Source: the human T2T-CHM13v2.0 reference genome, Homo sapiens. Taken from it: a DNA stretch of 64,000 nucleotides. Shown here piece after piece: positions 1 to 13,381 of the stretch. The notes under the pieces were generated by a model. The model made no database searches. It was given only the letters and a program-made list of their open reading frames with translations, and was not told the origin of the DNA. The translations under genes were made by a program, and so were the position numbers. Where the stretch lies: NCBI RefSeq assembly GCF_009914755.1, contig NC_060930.1, one strand, 5' to 3'. Each line of letters starts with the position of its first letter. Position 1 is the stretch's first letter.

Positions 1-93
1 AAGGATATGAACAGACACTTCTCAAAAGAAGACATTTATGTGGCCAACAAACATATGAAAAAAGCTCATCATTACTGGTCATTAGAGAAATGC
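1..93 (+). mobile_element. L1PA ORF2 fragment, continues beyond the left window edge
   Basis: Encodes MNRHFSKEDIYVANKHMKK, typical of the L1PA ORF2 C-terminal region; ends abruptly near 93. Confidence 0.85.
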
Positions 94-99
94 TTCAAA

Positions 100-1310
100 G
101 ATTTCTGTGGAAAGATCTTAATCCCATGTAATTTTCCCCTTGGAGGTGGCTTGATTTTTCTGCTTGGATACCTGAAGAATTCTTTAACATTAATATACCC
201 TTTAGTATTCTTATCTGGGCTATGCCTCTGTGTCAGTTATTCTAGATCAATTTTTCCCCCCAGCATACAGTATGATCTTCCAATTTATAGATTATGTTCT
301 CTTCTAATGTCCCATGTATATTATATATCTGAATACGCTGCTTTTTCAGGGCTGAATGTTGTTTCTATCTACTTGTTCTGTGATCCAAGGTTTTTCGGAC
401 AAGGAGAGGTGGGGGAAAAGGGGATGTGTGGAATTCAGCTCAGACAGAGTATAAAGCTTGCTGGAGGAACTCAACCTTCACATCTGAGATTCCTTTAAGT
501 CCTCTGGCAGCTGGACTTCAAGCTAGCCAAGGGAACATCCCATGCCTCAGAGTTTCAGTTCATTTGCTCAGTTCAGCACAGTATCCCAGAAAGTGGGAAA
601 CTTTCCTGCCTCTGGCAAGATCCAACAGTGGTATGCAAAGGTTCCTCAACATCTCACAGGTGTGCCCTGCCTTTCCACATTGGGGGACGTTTGTGAGAAT
701 TCTTAGGATTTGGTCTGATCATCTTTTTCCTCAACATGTCTTGCAGCGGTGGGTGGAGGGCTGGGCAGACATAGGTTCATCTGGAGACAAAGCACGCCTC
801 CATAGAATCTTCTGTTCTCTTTGTTTTTGCTATCAATTCTCAAATTTTACATTATAAGGTTGTACTTTTTTCTTCTTTGGTTGCAGCATGTAAGTTTTTT
901 GTTGCTTTCTTTCCTTTGGGTGATTTAGTGTTTTGTTTTGTTTTTGAGACAGAGTCTCGCTCTGTCACCCAAGCTGGAGTACAGTGGCATGATCTTGGCT
1001 CACCGCAACCTGCCTCCCGGGTTCAAGCAATTCTCCTGTCTCAGCCTCCTGAGTAGCTGGGATTATAGGCGTGCACCATCACAACCGGCTAATTTTTGTA
1101 TTTTTAGTAGAGGCTGGTATGGGGGTGCTGGGTTGGGGGGAAGTTCGCCATGTTAGCCAGGCTGGTCTCAAACTCCTGACCTCAGGTGATCCGCCTGTCT
1201 CAGTCTCCCAAAGTGCTGGGATTACAGACGTGAGCCACCATGCCTGGATGATTTAGTATTTTAATTTTGATTTTTTTAGTGCTTCCTTGTGCCATCTTTA
1301 TCCAGAAGTC
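100..1310 (-). mobile_element. Ancient L1M/HAL1-type 5' region, interrupted by an Alu
   Basis: Ends in gccatctttatccagaagtc, the reverse complement of a GACTTC..AAGATGGC L1 start; heavily decayed. Confidence 0.45.
931..1247 (-). mobile_element. AluS with a G-rich insertion
   Basis: Dimeric Alu; TSD tgatttagt on both sides. Confidence 0.95.
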
Positions 1311-1502
1311 AGTCAAGCAGTCTTTCTTTCTCACTGGTAATGAACTATATGAAATCCTTTTTTATCTTTAGGTTATTTCCACAGTGGTCTCTTTGAACAT
1401 GACTATGTTGACCTGGTAGCTGTGACACACTCTTTTTCTCCTGAGCTTTCCCTCAATGACGCATGCTTTGGCATTACAGCATGCCCTAGCAAAGCTTCTG
1501 GA

Positions 1503-1790
1503 GCAGGGGTTGCAAACTCAAATCTCTACAAAGTTTAAAACAGTGAGGAACAACGGGACTGTGGTAAAGTGAAAAGGACATTCTTTGTGTAAGGGGCAGA
1601 TGCTCAGCTCAGGCCAATGGCTGCCATGTTTGAACTCAGGGCAGGGTTGCCACATCTGCATAATTTTCAAGGGAAGTATGCTATCTAACATTTTAATATA
1701 AAATCTTCTAATTTTGGAAACACTGCAGAGGCCACATGAAGTATTTCTCCAGGTCAAACTGGACCCAAGGGTTGCCAGCGTGGTCACTGT
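1503..1790. mobile_element. hAT-Charlie-type DNA transposon relic
   Basis: caggggttgcaaactcaaat terminus typical of hAT MERs; subfamily uncertain. Confidence 0.45.
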
Positions 1791-2185
1791 AGTAGACAGA
1801 ACCCCTCAGGACAAATTCCATAATCACACTTTTTCTCTAAGTATTTGGAGATTCCATTTTATTCTGCAGACTATTGAATGACTTCTTAACATTTCTTCAG
1901 CAAATGCAGAACAAGAAAATTCATGCTGACACATCTATAGGTTGATACAATGTGTCAGGACCCAACACTTTCAGGAACAGGTGTTACCAGGGGTAACAGC
2001 TATGATGGGGCTAAAATTAATACCACATGGGCAGACAATCATACAGATTATGCCCACATTAACAAAATAATGGAGGGGGAAAATGTTATTTTCAATTGAT
2101 GCAAAAAGAGCATTTGACAACTACACCCCATCCTGAAAAAAACGACAACTAGGAATGGAATGGAACTTCCTTAGCCAGATAGTGG

Positions 2186-2665
2186 CTATATTTTATCCTA
2201 TAGCTGCCATAACAAATTACCACAAACTGGTGGCATAAAACATGAAATTTATTTTCTGAGTCCGAAAGGCCAGAAGTCTGAAATCAAGATATCAGCAAAG
2301 GCCGCAGGCGCCATCTAGTGGCTCTAGTGGAGATTCCTTCCTCACAACTTCCAGCTTTTGGTGACCACTGCCATTCCCTGGCTTCCTCGGCTTCCTTGGC
2401 TTGCGGCCACAGCATGCCAATCTCTGCCTCCATCTTCACAACGCCTTCTCTGTGCGTGCCATGTGCTTTCTCCTGTGTGTATCTCTCTTATAGGGGTAGA
2501 TGTCACTGTACTTAGGACTCACTGAAATAACTGAAGGTGGTCTCCTCATTTCAAGATCCGTAACTTAAGTCACATCTGCAAAGACCCTTTTATTCAACTC
2601 AGGTTACATTCTGAGATTCCAGAGATTAGGACACAAATATTTTCGAGGGTCATCAGTCAGTCCTC
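2186..2665 (-). mobile_element. MLT1 (C/D-like) MaLR solo LTR
   Basis: gctgccataacaaattaccacaaactggtggc ... catctgcaaagaccct hallmarks. Confidence 0.85.
2308..2322 (-). promoter_or_regulatory. CTCF core motif GCCACTAGATGGCGC
   Basis: Plus strand gcgccatctagtggc matches the CCASYAGRKGGCRS consensus. Confidence 0.6.
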
Positions 2666-2862
2666 ATGTCAAAGTTGACATGGGCAAAATCCATGTCAGC
2701 TTTGCTATAGAAATTGACAAGCTGATTCTAAACTTTATATGGAAATGAAAAGAACCTAGAAGAGAAAAAATAATCTTAAAAAGAAAAACAAAGTTGGAAG
2801 GCTTATGCTATCTGATTTTTACGCCTACTATAAGGCTAGACTAATCAAGACAATAGGGTAAT

Positions 2863-3161
2863 GGCTGGGCATGGTGGCTCACACCTGTATCCCAGCAATT
2901 TGGGAGGCCGAGGCGGGCAGATCATTTGAGGTCAGGAGTTCAAGACCAGCTTGGCCAACATGGCAAAACCCCATCAATACTAAAAATGCAAAATTTGCCA
3001 GGCATAGTGGTGCACACCTGTAATCCCAGCTACTCAGGAGGCTAAGGCAGGAGAATTGCTTTAACCTTAAGGTGGAGGTTGCAGTGAGCCAAGATTGCAC
3101 CACTGCACTCCAGCCTAGGCGACAGAGCAAGACTCTGTCTCAAAAAAATAAAAATAAAAAA
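2863..3161 (+). mobile_element. AluS
   Basis: Full Alu; TSD aagaca(a/g)tagggta at 2847-2860 and 3162-3175. Confidence 0.95.
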
Positions 3162-3288
3162 AAGACAGTAGGGTACTGACATAAGGGTACCGACAGTAGG
3201 GTACTGACAAAAGACAGCAGGGTACTGACATAAGAAAAAACAATAGTGTATTGAGTCCAGAAATAGACCCACACATAAGATCTATTGG

Positions 3289-3592
3289 GTTTTGTTTGTT
3301 TGTTTGTTTGGAGACACAGTCTGGCTCTGTCGCCCAGGCTGGAGTACCGTGACATGATCTCGGCTCACTGCAGCCTCCACCTCCCAGTTTCAAGTGATTC
3401 TACTGCCTCAGCCTCCAGAATAGCTCGGACTACAGAGAGATGCCACGGCACCCAGCTAATTTTTGTATTTTTAGTAGAGACAGGGTTTTGCCACGTTGCC
3501 CAGGCTGGTCTCAAACTCCTAGACTCAAGTGATCTGAGCACCTCGGCCTCCCAAGGTGCTGAGATTACAGGTGTGAGCCACTGTCCCCAGCC
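3289..3592 (-). mobile_element. Alu (S/J)
   Basis: Full Alu; TSD agatctattgg at 3278-3288 and 3594-3604. Confidence 0.95.
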
Positions 3593-3780
3593 TAGATCTA
3601 TTGGTATTTTGACAGAGGTATAACATAATTCCATTGGAAAGAGATAAATGGTGTGGGAACTGGTTATCTATATAGAGAAAAAAATAAACTTCTACATGCA
3701 TTTCACGCCATTCACAAAAAACGAATCAAGTGAAATCTCAGACCTAAATAAAAAGCAGGAACTATAAAACTTCTGGAATC

Positions 3781-4061
3781 ACCTTGTTCAATACAGTACC
3801 CATAAGCCATGTATGGCTATGACGTAGCTAGTTCAAACTGAAATGTGCTACAAGTGTAAAATATACTCTGGCTTTCAAAGACTTGGGATTTTTTAAAAAT
3901 GTAAAATATCCTATTAATTTTTATATTGATTACATGTTGAAATAATATTTTAGATATATTGCATATAATTCAAAGTAACTTAAACTATTTTTAAAACGTG
4001 GCTACTGGAACATTTTAAATTACCTATCTAGCTTACATGATATTTCTGTTTGACAACACTG
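3781..4061 (-). mobile_element. MER33 (hAT-Charlie MITE)
   Basis: tttatattgattacatgttgaaataatattttagatatattg and gtggctact...ttttaaattac motifs. Confidence 0.8.
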
Positions 4062-4768
4062 TTTTAGAAGAAAACCTAGGGATAGGCAGAGACTGGCTGG
4101 ACAGGACACAAGAAGCAATGACCCTAAAAGAATAAACTGGCAATTGGATTTTACTAAAATAAAACCTGATCTTTAAAAGAGACCATTAAGGAAAAAAATC
4201 TAAGCCACATGGGAAAAAGTCTTCACAATGCATATATCTGACATAGGACTTGCACTAAAATATTTGAAGAACCCAATAATACAATAAACAATACACTTCA
4301 CTAAATAAGACATGTGAAGGGCCAAGAAGTCCAAGAATGACATTAAACATCATTTCCCCAATGATTAATGCAAATCAAAACTACAGTGAAATACCGCTAC
4401 ATACCCACTGGAAAGGCTAAAGTTGAAAAGACTGAAAATACCAAGGGTTGGTGACAATGTGGAAAAACTGGAACTCTCGCACATTGCTAGAAGAAATATA
4501 AAATGATACAGCCACTTTGGAAAACAGTTTGAAAGTTTCTTATAAAGTTAAACATACTCTTATTATATGACCCAGCAATCTCAGTCTTAGGTATTTTATC
4601 CAAGAGAAATGATAACATGTCTGTGGAAAGACTTAAATGCAAATATTCATATTCTCTCCAAACTGAAAACAACTCAAATATCAGTAATAAAATGGGCAAA
4701 CTGCTGATACTGTCAACACAGATGAATCAAAACAACAACAACACTGTGCGGAGTCAAAGAAATCATAT

Positions 4769-5232
4769 TGTATTAGTCAGGGTTCTCTAGAGGGACAGAA
4801 CTAATAAGAGATATACATATGTGTATATATATATATACACACACATATACATATGAGTTTATTAAGTATTAACTTACATGATCACAAGGTCCCACAATAG
4901 GCTGTCTGCAAGCTGAGGAGCAAGGAGAGCCAGTCCGAGTCCCAAAACTGAAGAACTTGGAGTCTGATGTTAGAGGGCAGGAAGCATCCAGCATGGGAGA
5001 AAGATGTAGGCTGGGAGGCTAGGCCAGTCTCTCCTTTTCACATTTTTCTGCCTGCCTTACATTCGCTGGCACCTGACTAGATTATGCCCACCAGATTAAG
5101 GGTGGATCTGCCTTCCCCAGACCACTGACTCAAATATTAATCTCTTTTGGTAACACTCTCACAGACACACCTAGGATCAATACTTTGTATCTTTCAATCC
5201 AATCAAGGTGACAGTCAGTATTAACCATCATA
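4769..5232 (-). mobile_element. MLT2A1 (ERVL) solo LTR
   Basis: tgtattagtcagggttctctagagggacagaactaat ... gatgtaggctgggaggctaggccagtc ... ttaaccatca. Confidence 0.9.
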
Positions 5233-6199
5233 ATATGTAAACGACACATGGTCCCATTCATAGGAAATTTTAGAAACACAAAATTATAGTCTTTCTAAAG
5301 CAGATCAATAGTTTTCTACAGTGGAAGGAGGGGAGGTGTTGGAGAATTTTACAAGGTGATAGAAATGTTCTACCTCTTGGTTAGTAAGAAGATTGCATTG
5401 GGGCTATGTATTTGTCATACTGCACTGAATGATACACCTAAAATACATCCACTTGATTACATGCAAATCATACTTCAGTAAGTGTCATTAAATTATTTCC
5501 TTTCTTATTTGGATAGGATGAGGAGAAATCACATGAGATTGGTTTTATCTCTATTACCAGCAATTTGAATTAGAATTGACCTTCTGCTGTTTTTTTTGTT
5601 GTGAGCTTTTTCATTAGCACTCTCTTGTGCATTATCAGTCTGTTTTCTAACCTGTGAGGGTGTCAGTGGCAGAGGTGAAACCTGACCTAGAGCCTTCTCT
5701 TGGACTCCTAATCCAGTGTTCTTTTATAATAGTAAGCAGCCACAGAGAACAGCCTCATTATGGCATTTACAGTCCTTCAAACAGATTGTGCACCATAAAA
5801 ACTCGAAAAAATCTTTTAGTGTGTTCAACTCAACAGATATTCAACAAATGCTTAGATTTAATTTTCTCTAATCACAATATAAATAACCCTTAAAAACCTG
5901 TATACATATGTAGTTTTTTTTTAAAGCGCATCGCTTCTGGCCAAACTACCTCTTGCTGGTCTTATTGCTGGCCATCCTCAAACTTCAAGTCTCTTCTCCT
6001 TTTTTTGAAACTGTAATCTTGGCTCAGAGGATTCCTGCCCCCTTCCCTCCTCTTGCCACTATTTGCAATGACTTCTCCATCTAGGTTCACTTCCCCAACA
6101 AGGGCTCCCATGATAACATCTTTGAAGTTTTCCCCAAGCAAAACTGACTAATGTCCATTTCTATCTTCAACTGACTGACATTTAGTCAACATAGAAGAC

Positions 6200-6750
6200 T
6201 CACAAGGTGAAGTCTGGCACCTCTACTAAAATGTCCTACTTTACGTGATAAAGTTTTTCCATGTACTCATTATCGAGCCTGCTCAAGGGAGGACTTTGGC
6301 ACCTGGGTGGTTAAATGCCTCTGCTAGTTGCCCCATCATCCTGGGCCAATTAGACAACCATGTGGGTGATTTATTCAATAGCCTAGTCTTAGAATTCCTT
6401 CACTTCCTCCTAATGGAAAACCTCCTCTCCATTTAAACAGTTCCCTGAATCCATGGCAAACCCGTAGACTTCAACAACCAGGATCTGCTCTCCCCTGGAA
6501 ATCTTCAACTCCAAAATTCCCACCTCTGATCATAACTTCCTGCTCTTCCTGGTTTCTCACTCTCTCACTCACAGGATGTTTACTCTGACTGCAGTAAGAC
6601 TCTCCAGTCTCCTTCACTGGATTCCCTCCTTGTTTCCACTCCTTCCCTAGCCAGCCTACACCACAAGGTTCAAGATTGTAATCATTTTCTCACCACTGTC
6701 CAGATCTTGACATCCTGTCCTTGCACCAAACCAAACTCCAAAGCTCCAGC
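6200..6750 (+). mobile_element. L2 relic
   Basis: Pyrimidine-rich decayed L2 ORF-like sequence (ctctgatcataacttcctgctcttcc). Confidence 0.5.
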
Positions 6751-6909
6751 CCCACTAATGAATGAGCACAGAAGGAATAATTTTAAAAAGTTACATTTTG
6801 TAGCCATCAGAGTAATAATGAATACATGAATTATCAATGGATGCTAAAACTACTTCGGGGAACATTGAAGAGGAATAGGATATTTATATAGTCTATATAG
6901 TCTCAAAAA

Positions 6910-7390
6910 AGTTAAAGAAAGAAATCCTATCATTTACAACAACATGCATGAGCCTGGAGGACATTATGTTAAGTGAAATAAGTCAGACACAAAGACAAAC
7001 ACAGCATGATCTTTCTTACCTGTAGAGTATAAAAAAGTGAAACTCATAGAAGTAGACAGAGAGTAGAATGCTGGTTACCAGGGGCTGGCGGGGGTGAGAG
7101 GATGGGGTAGCGGGTATTGGTCAAAGGACACAAAGTTTCAGTAAGGAGGAATAAGTTCAAGATTTCCAGTGTACACTATGGTGACTATCGTTAATATAAT
7201 TTATTGTATACTTGAAAATTGCAGATTTTAGTAAGTATTCTTACCACAAAAAATAAGTATGTGACATCAGGGATTTGTTAATTAGCTTGATCTAGCCATT
7301 TGGCAAGGCATACAAATATAAAAACATGTTAGACACCATAAAATATATCATTTTTATTCATCAATTTAAAGAAAAATAATTTTTTTAAAA
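6910..7390 (+). mobile_element. L1MA 3' end
   Basis: acctggaggacattatgttaagtgaaataagtcagacac-type 3' UTR. Confidence 0.85.
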
Positions 7391-7597
7391 GTGATGTTCA
7401 CTCTAACATCTAAATTCTCTCTGCAAGAACTTTAAAAAAAGTTAATATCACCAGTAATGCCACAAATTGACATGTACCTCCTAATGTGATATACTGATCA
7501 AGACACATCACATATGTAGTATTCCTGCCAAAGACGCACAAATTAAATCTTAATGATGGAATAATTAGATGAACCAAAGTCGAGGGACATTAATAAA

Positions 7598-7770
7598 GAG
7601 CGAGGCATAGTGGCTCATGCCTGTAATGCCAGCAACTTGGGAAGCTAAGGTGGGAGGATCACTTGAGCCCAGGAGATCAAGGCTGCACTGAGTTATGACC
7701 GCACCACTATACTCCAGCCTGGGGTACAGAGAAAGACCCTATATTTAAAACAACAACAACAACAACAAAC
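7598..7770 (+). mobile_element. Alu monomer (FRAM/FAM-like)
   Basis: Single arm with a (CAA)n tail. Confidence 0.85.
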
Positions 7771-7904
7771 TAGACTATGTTGCAAAAACATCAATGTTAT
7801 AAAGACAAACGCTGAGATTCCAGATTAAATGAGATTACAACCACTAAACTGAATGCAATACTTCATTCTAAAGTGATCCCTGGATTTTTAAAAAATGCTA
7901 TAAA

Positions 7905-8347
<443 letters not shown>

Positions 8348-8964
8348 TTAAACAATCATAAATCTAGTTTAACCTCAATCGGTTCAGCAAAATAAGTAGG
8401 CATTCTATATTACTGAATCTAAGTGGGGGGGTAGGGGAGCACATTGTACTGTTCTTCCAGCTTTTTGTTTTGAAAAATTTCAAAACCACAAAAAAGTTAC
8501 TTAAAAAAAAAAAAAAGGAAAACCCTCCAGCTCAGATTCAGCCATCTGATTATGATGTTCCTTTATTCAAGCTGGTAGGAACTGCTGGAACAACTCCCAC
8601 AAATGTAGAAATGCATAGCTCCCAACCAAGGTATGCCTAATATTGACCAGAAATCCAGCTGAATATTTGTGTCCCCCTGCAAATTAGTATATTGAAATCA
8701 TAATCCCCAATGTGATTGTATTTGAAGATGGGGTCTTTGGGAGGTAATTAGGTCATGAAGATAGAGCCCTCATGATGGGATTAGTACCCTTACACCAGAG
8801 AGCTCACTTCCTCCTTCTCTCCCTCTCTCCACTCTGTGAGGAAGCAAGAAGACCGCTGTCCACGAACTAGAAAGAGAGCCCTCACCACACACTGAATCTG
8901 ACAGCACCCTAATCTTGCACTTCCCAGCTCCCAGACTGTGGGAAATAAATTCATGTTGTTTTAG

Positions 8965-9458
<494 letters not shown>

Positions 9459-9469
9459 ACCACCCACTC

Positions 9470-9680
9470 TATATATTTGTTTTATATATCTATATATATA
9501 AAACAAACATATAACTATATATATTTATATATTATATTATATATAATATAATATATATAAAATATAATTACTATAATATAAAATATATAGTATAATTTAT
9601 ATAATTTATAATATAAATATATTTAATATAAAACTATAGATATAAAATACATATATATAACAAATATATGTATATATGAG
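9470..9680. repeat. AT-rich / (TA)n low-complexity tract
   Basis: Almost pure A/T, degenerate TA repeats. Confidence 0.95.
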
Positions 9681-11211
9681 CTGGTTAAGACATACATGGT
9701 ACACATGAGGACACAGTGTTTAGGGAGGTTAGGGAATGTGCCAAAAATCTTCCAGCCAGTAAATAATAAAGTTAAAACTCTCTTTATGATTCCATAGCCT
9801 GTACTATGCTCCTCCCACAAAATCATTGAGACATGACAACTGGGCATAATGTAGAGCACAGAAACAGAACTAAACGGGTAAGAGGTCAAACCTATGCGGT
9901 TTGAGCAAGTTCATAACATATTATACTTGCTGAAGCTGAAAAAGGACTTCACATGCTGGATTTATTTGATAACATTGTAGAGTAGGATAAGAGTCTCTAC
10001 AAGTTCTATTTCATCAGGAAATTTTAGCAATTATTACTGTATTTTTGTGTTATTGGGCTAACATTAACATCTTTTTCAAAATTATTCCATCTGTAGATAA
10101 TCTTTAAGGTATTGTACACTTTGTGAACCTTTCTAATATTATGTGGCAGCTTTCCTGTTCTGCCCTTTAGGGGACATTTTTGCACGGAGAAAAACAACTT
10201 TTATAGAAATGAGACCTGCTTTTTAATGATGGAATAACTACATGGAGGAAGGATGTAGAGAAATTCTACATGCCAAATAGTTTCCTCACCTACCTACAAA
10301 TGTGCAAAAGTTTGTAACACATGGTAAACATGGAGGTCATTTCTGATATCCATTTGATTTTTCTCCTATTGTGATTTTAAAGTCACTGACAGATTTATTT
10401 CATTCTGGAAGGCCATCATTACAGTTGAGCTTTTAGGCAGTGGGAGTAATGAAATTCCACAAAGAAATTAAAGACTGTCATTATGGACCATACAGTTCTT
10501 TTCCTTTGTGAAAGCAATTAGAAAGGTAAGGAGATCTAACTATACATTGGTAGCATTCCAGAAAGGTTTCAAATGGTCAGGTAGTCATGGAATCATAGAA
10601 CTGAAAACTGAAAGATACTGGCTCTCTGGGAAGTAACTTAATATTCCTATTTTATAGATGAGGCAACCCAGAAAGGCTGACTAGAAAGAAATAAAAAAGG
10701 AGAGGAGAAGATAGCTTCAAAAGAGGTGATCCAACTCTCCTACCTCAGGCAGTTGCAGGGCTTTGAACCAGAGGCTGAGAATCACCAAAAGAATTTTTTA
10801 AAAACCAACATTCCAAAGACAAACCACAGATTGGTAGAATTATTTGCAAATCACATATCTGAGAAATAACTTATATTAAATATACAAAGAACACTTAAAA
10901 CTAACCAATAAAAACAATCAACCTAATTAAAAGATGGGCAAAGATCTGAACAGACAGCTCACCAGAGGAGATATGTAGATGGCATGTAAGCATATGAAAA
11001 GATGTTCAGCATCATTTGTCTTTAGGAAAATCCAAATTAAAACAAGATACTAGTACATACTTACTAGAATGGCTAAATTTGTTTTTAAAAGTTGACAATA
11101 CAAAATGTTAACAAGGATGCAGAGCAACAATCCATCATTGGTGATGGGAATGCAAAATGGTACAGCCACTTTGGAAGACAGTTTGGCAATTTATTACAAA
11201 GCTAAACATAG

Positions 11212-11562
11212 TGATATGGTTTGGCTATTTCCCTACCCAAATCTCATCTTGAATTGTAGCTCCCATAATTCCCATGTGTTGTGGGAGGGATCTGGTGCTG
11301 GTAATTGAATCATGGGGACAGGTCTTTCCCATGCTGTTCTCACAATAGTGAATAAGTTTCACCAGATCTGATGGTTTTATGAAGGGGAGTTCCCTTGCAC
11401 AAGCTCTCTTGCCTGCCACCATGTAAGATGTCTCTTGCTCTTCCACCATGATTGTGAGGCCTCCCCAGCCATGTGGAACTGTGAGTCAATTAAACCTCTT
11501 TCCTTTATAAATTATGCAGTCTCAGGTATGTCTTTATTGCAGCATGAGAACAGACTAATACA
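11212..11562 (+). mobile_element. THE1B-type solo LTR
   Basis: tgatatggtttggct ... cagactaataca; TSD catag/cacag. Confidence 0.92.
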
Positions 11563-12439
11563 CACAGACTTCCCATACTACCCAGCAATCACACTCCTTG
11601 GTATTTACCCAATTGATTTGAAAACATATCCATACAAAAACCTGCACATGAATATTTATAGCAGCTTTACTCATAATTGCCAAAAACTGGGAGCAACCAC
11701 AATGTCCCTCAATAGATGAATGGACAAACTATGATATATCCATAATGCGGAATATTATTCAGCAATCTAAAGGAATGAGCTATTAATTCATGCAACACCA
11801 TGGAAGAAACTTAATGCATACTGCTAAGAAAAAGGAGCAAGTTTGAAAAGACTACATACTGTATGATTCCATTCACATAATATTTTGAAAAAGAGAACAC
11901 TATAAACATGAAAAACAAATCAAACTCACCAGGAGTTTGTGGAAGGAAGTAGATTGACTGGGTGAACACAGAGGATTTGGGGATTTTTTTTTAGGATAGT
12001 GAAGCTATTGTGTATGATAACATAGTGGTGGATACATAACAATATGCATTTGACAAAACCTACAGAATTTTATAGCACAAAGGGTAAACCTTACCATATG
12101 CAAATCCCAGGATGGAATGCAGACAGCGACAAAAGAATCTCACTGTAATACTAATGTACGGCATAAACTCATTGAAGGGGGGCTGGGGAAAAAAAGGTGC
12201 TGATCTAAGTAACTTTGGAAATGCATAAAGACAAAAAGGAACTGCACGAAAAATAAGCACCACACTCTAATTGATAAAGTTGTTTCCCGTGGGGGTACAA
12301 ATTAACAATTCCAAAACCACAGTCCATGCACAATGGGAATGGCCAAGTAAGTAATTAGATGGTAGGTGGTGGGAGCTAGGTTTCTCTGTTAGGGAAATTA
12401 CAGATAAGCAAGAGGGGAAAGCTAGAATAAGCCACATAG

Positions 12440-12789
<350 letters not shown>

Positions 12790-13037
12790 AGCTTTAGAAA
12801 GATACATGTGGATATATAAATAATTGTAGCTATGTGTGTATGCACAGGTTAGCATCCACCTATATATTTCCTAGCTCTGTCTACTGAGAAGGCCTACATG
12901 CAGTGACACTCTGCTGATGGTGAACACACCTGGTCAGATTTTCATGTCTAATATTATTCTCCAATAAAAGGAACCATGCCCCTTGGAGAAAGCATTCATG
13001 TGAGGGGTGGGCAGGGAATATACAAGATGTACCTTGA

Positions 13038-13381
13038 TGATATGGTTTGGCTGTGTCCCCACCCAAATCTCACCTTGAATTGTAATAATCCCCATGTGTC
13101 AAGAGCAGGGACAGGTGGAGATCATTGAGTCATGGGGGCAGTTTCCCCCATACTGTTCTTGTGGTAGTGAATAAGTCTCATGAGATCTGATGGTTTTATA
13201 AATGGGAGTTCTCTGTACAAGCTCTCTTGCCTGCCGCCATGTAAGACGTTCCATGCACTTCTGCCATTATTGTGAGGCCTCCTTAGCCATGTGGAACTGT
13301 GAGTCAATTAAATCTCTTTCCTTTATAAATTAAGTAGTCTTAGGTATGTCTTTATTAGCAGCATGAGAACAGACTAATACA
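13038..13381 (+). mobile_element. THE1B-type solo LTR
   Basis: TG..CA termini; perfect 5-bp TSD cttga. Confidence 0.93.

Larger units (their letters stand above)
2700..5490 (+). mobile_element. Old L1M ORF2/3' UTR, fragmented by two Alus, MER33 and MLT2A1
   Basis: gaaattgacaagctgattctaaactttatatggaa, acagccactttggaaaacagtttg and similar L1M ORF2 motifs. Confidence 0.8.

Noticed and set aside
3164-3234. Short direct repeats resembling a CRISPR-like array
   Set aside because: Only three overlapping units, no unique spacers, in eukaryotic L1/Alu context; reported instead as a local duplication.
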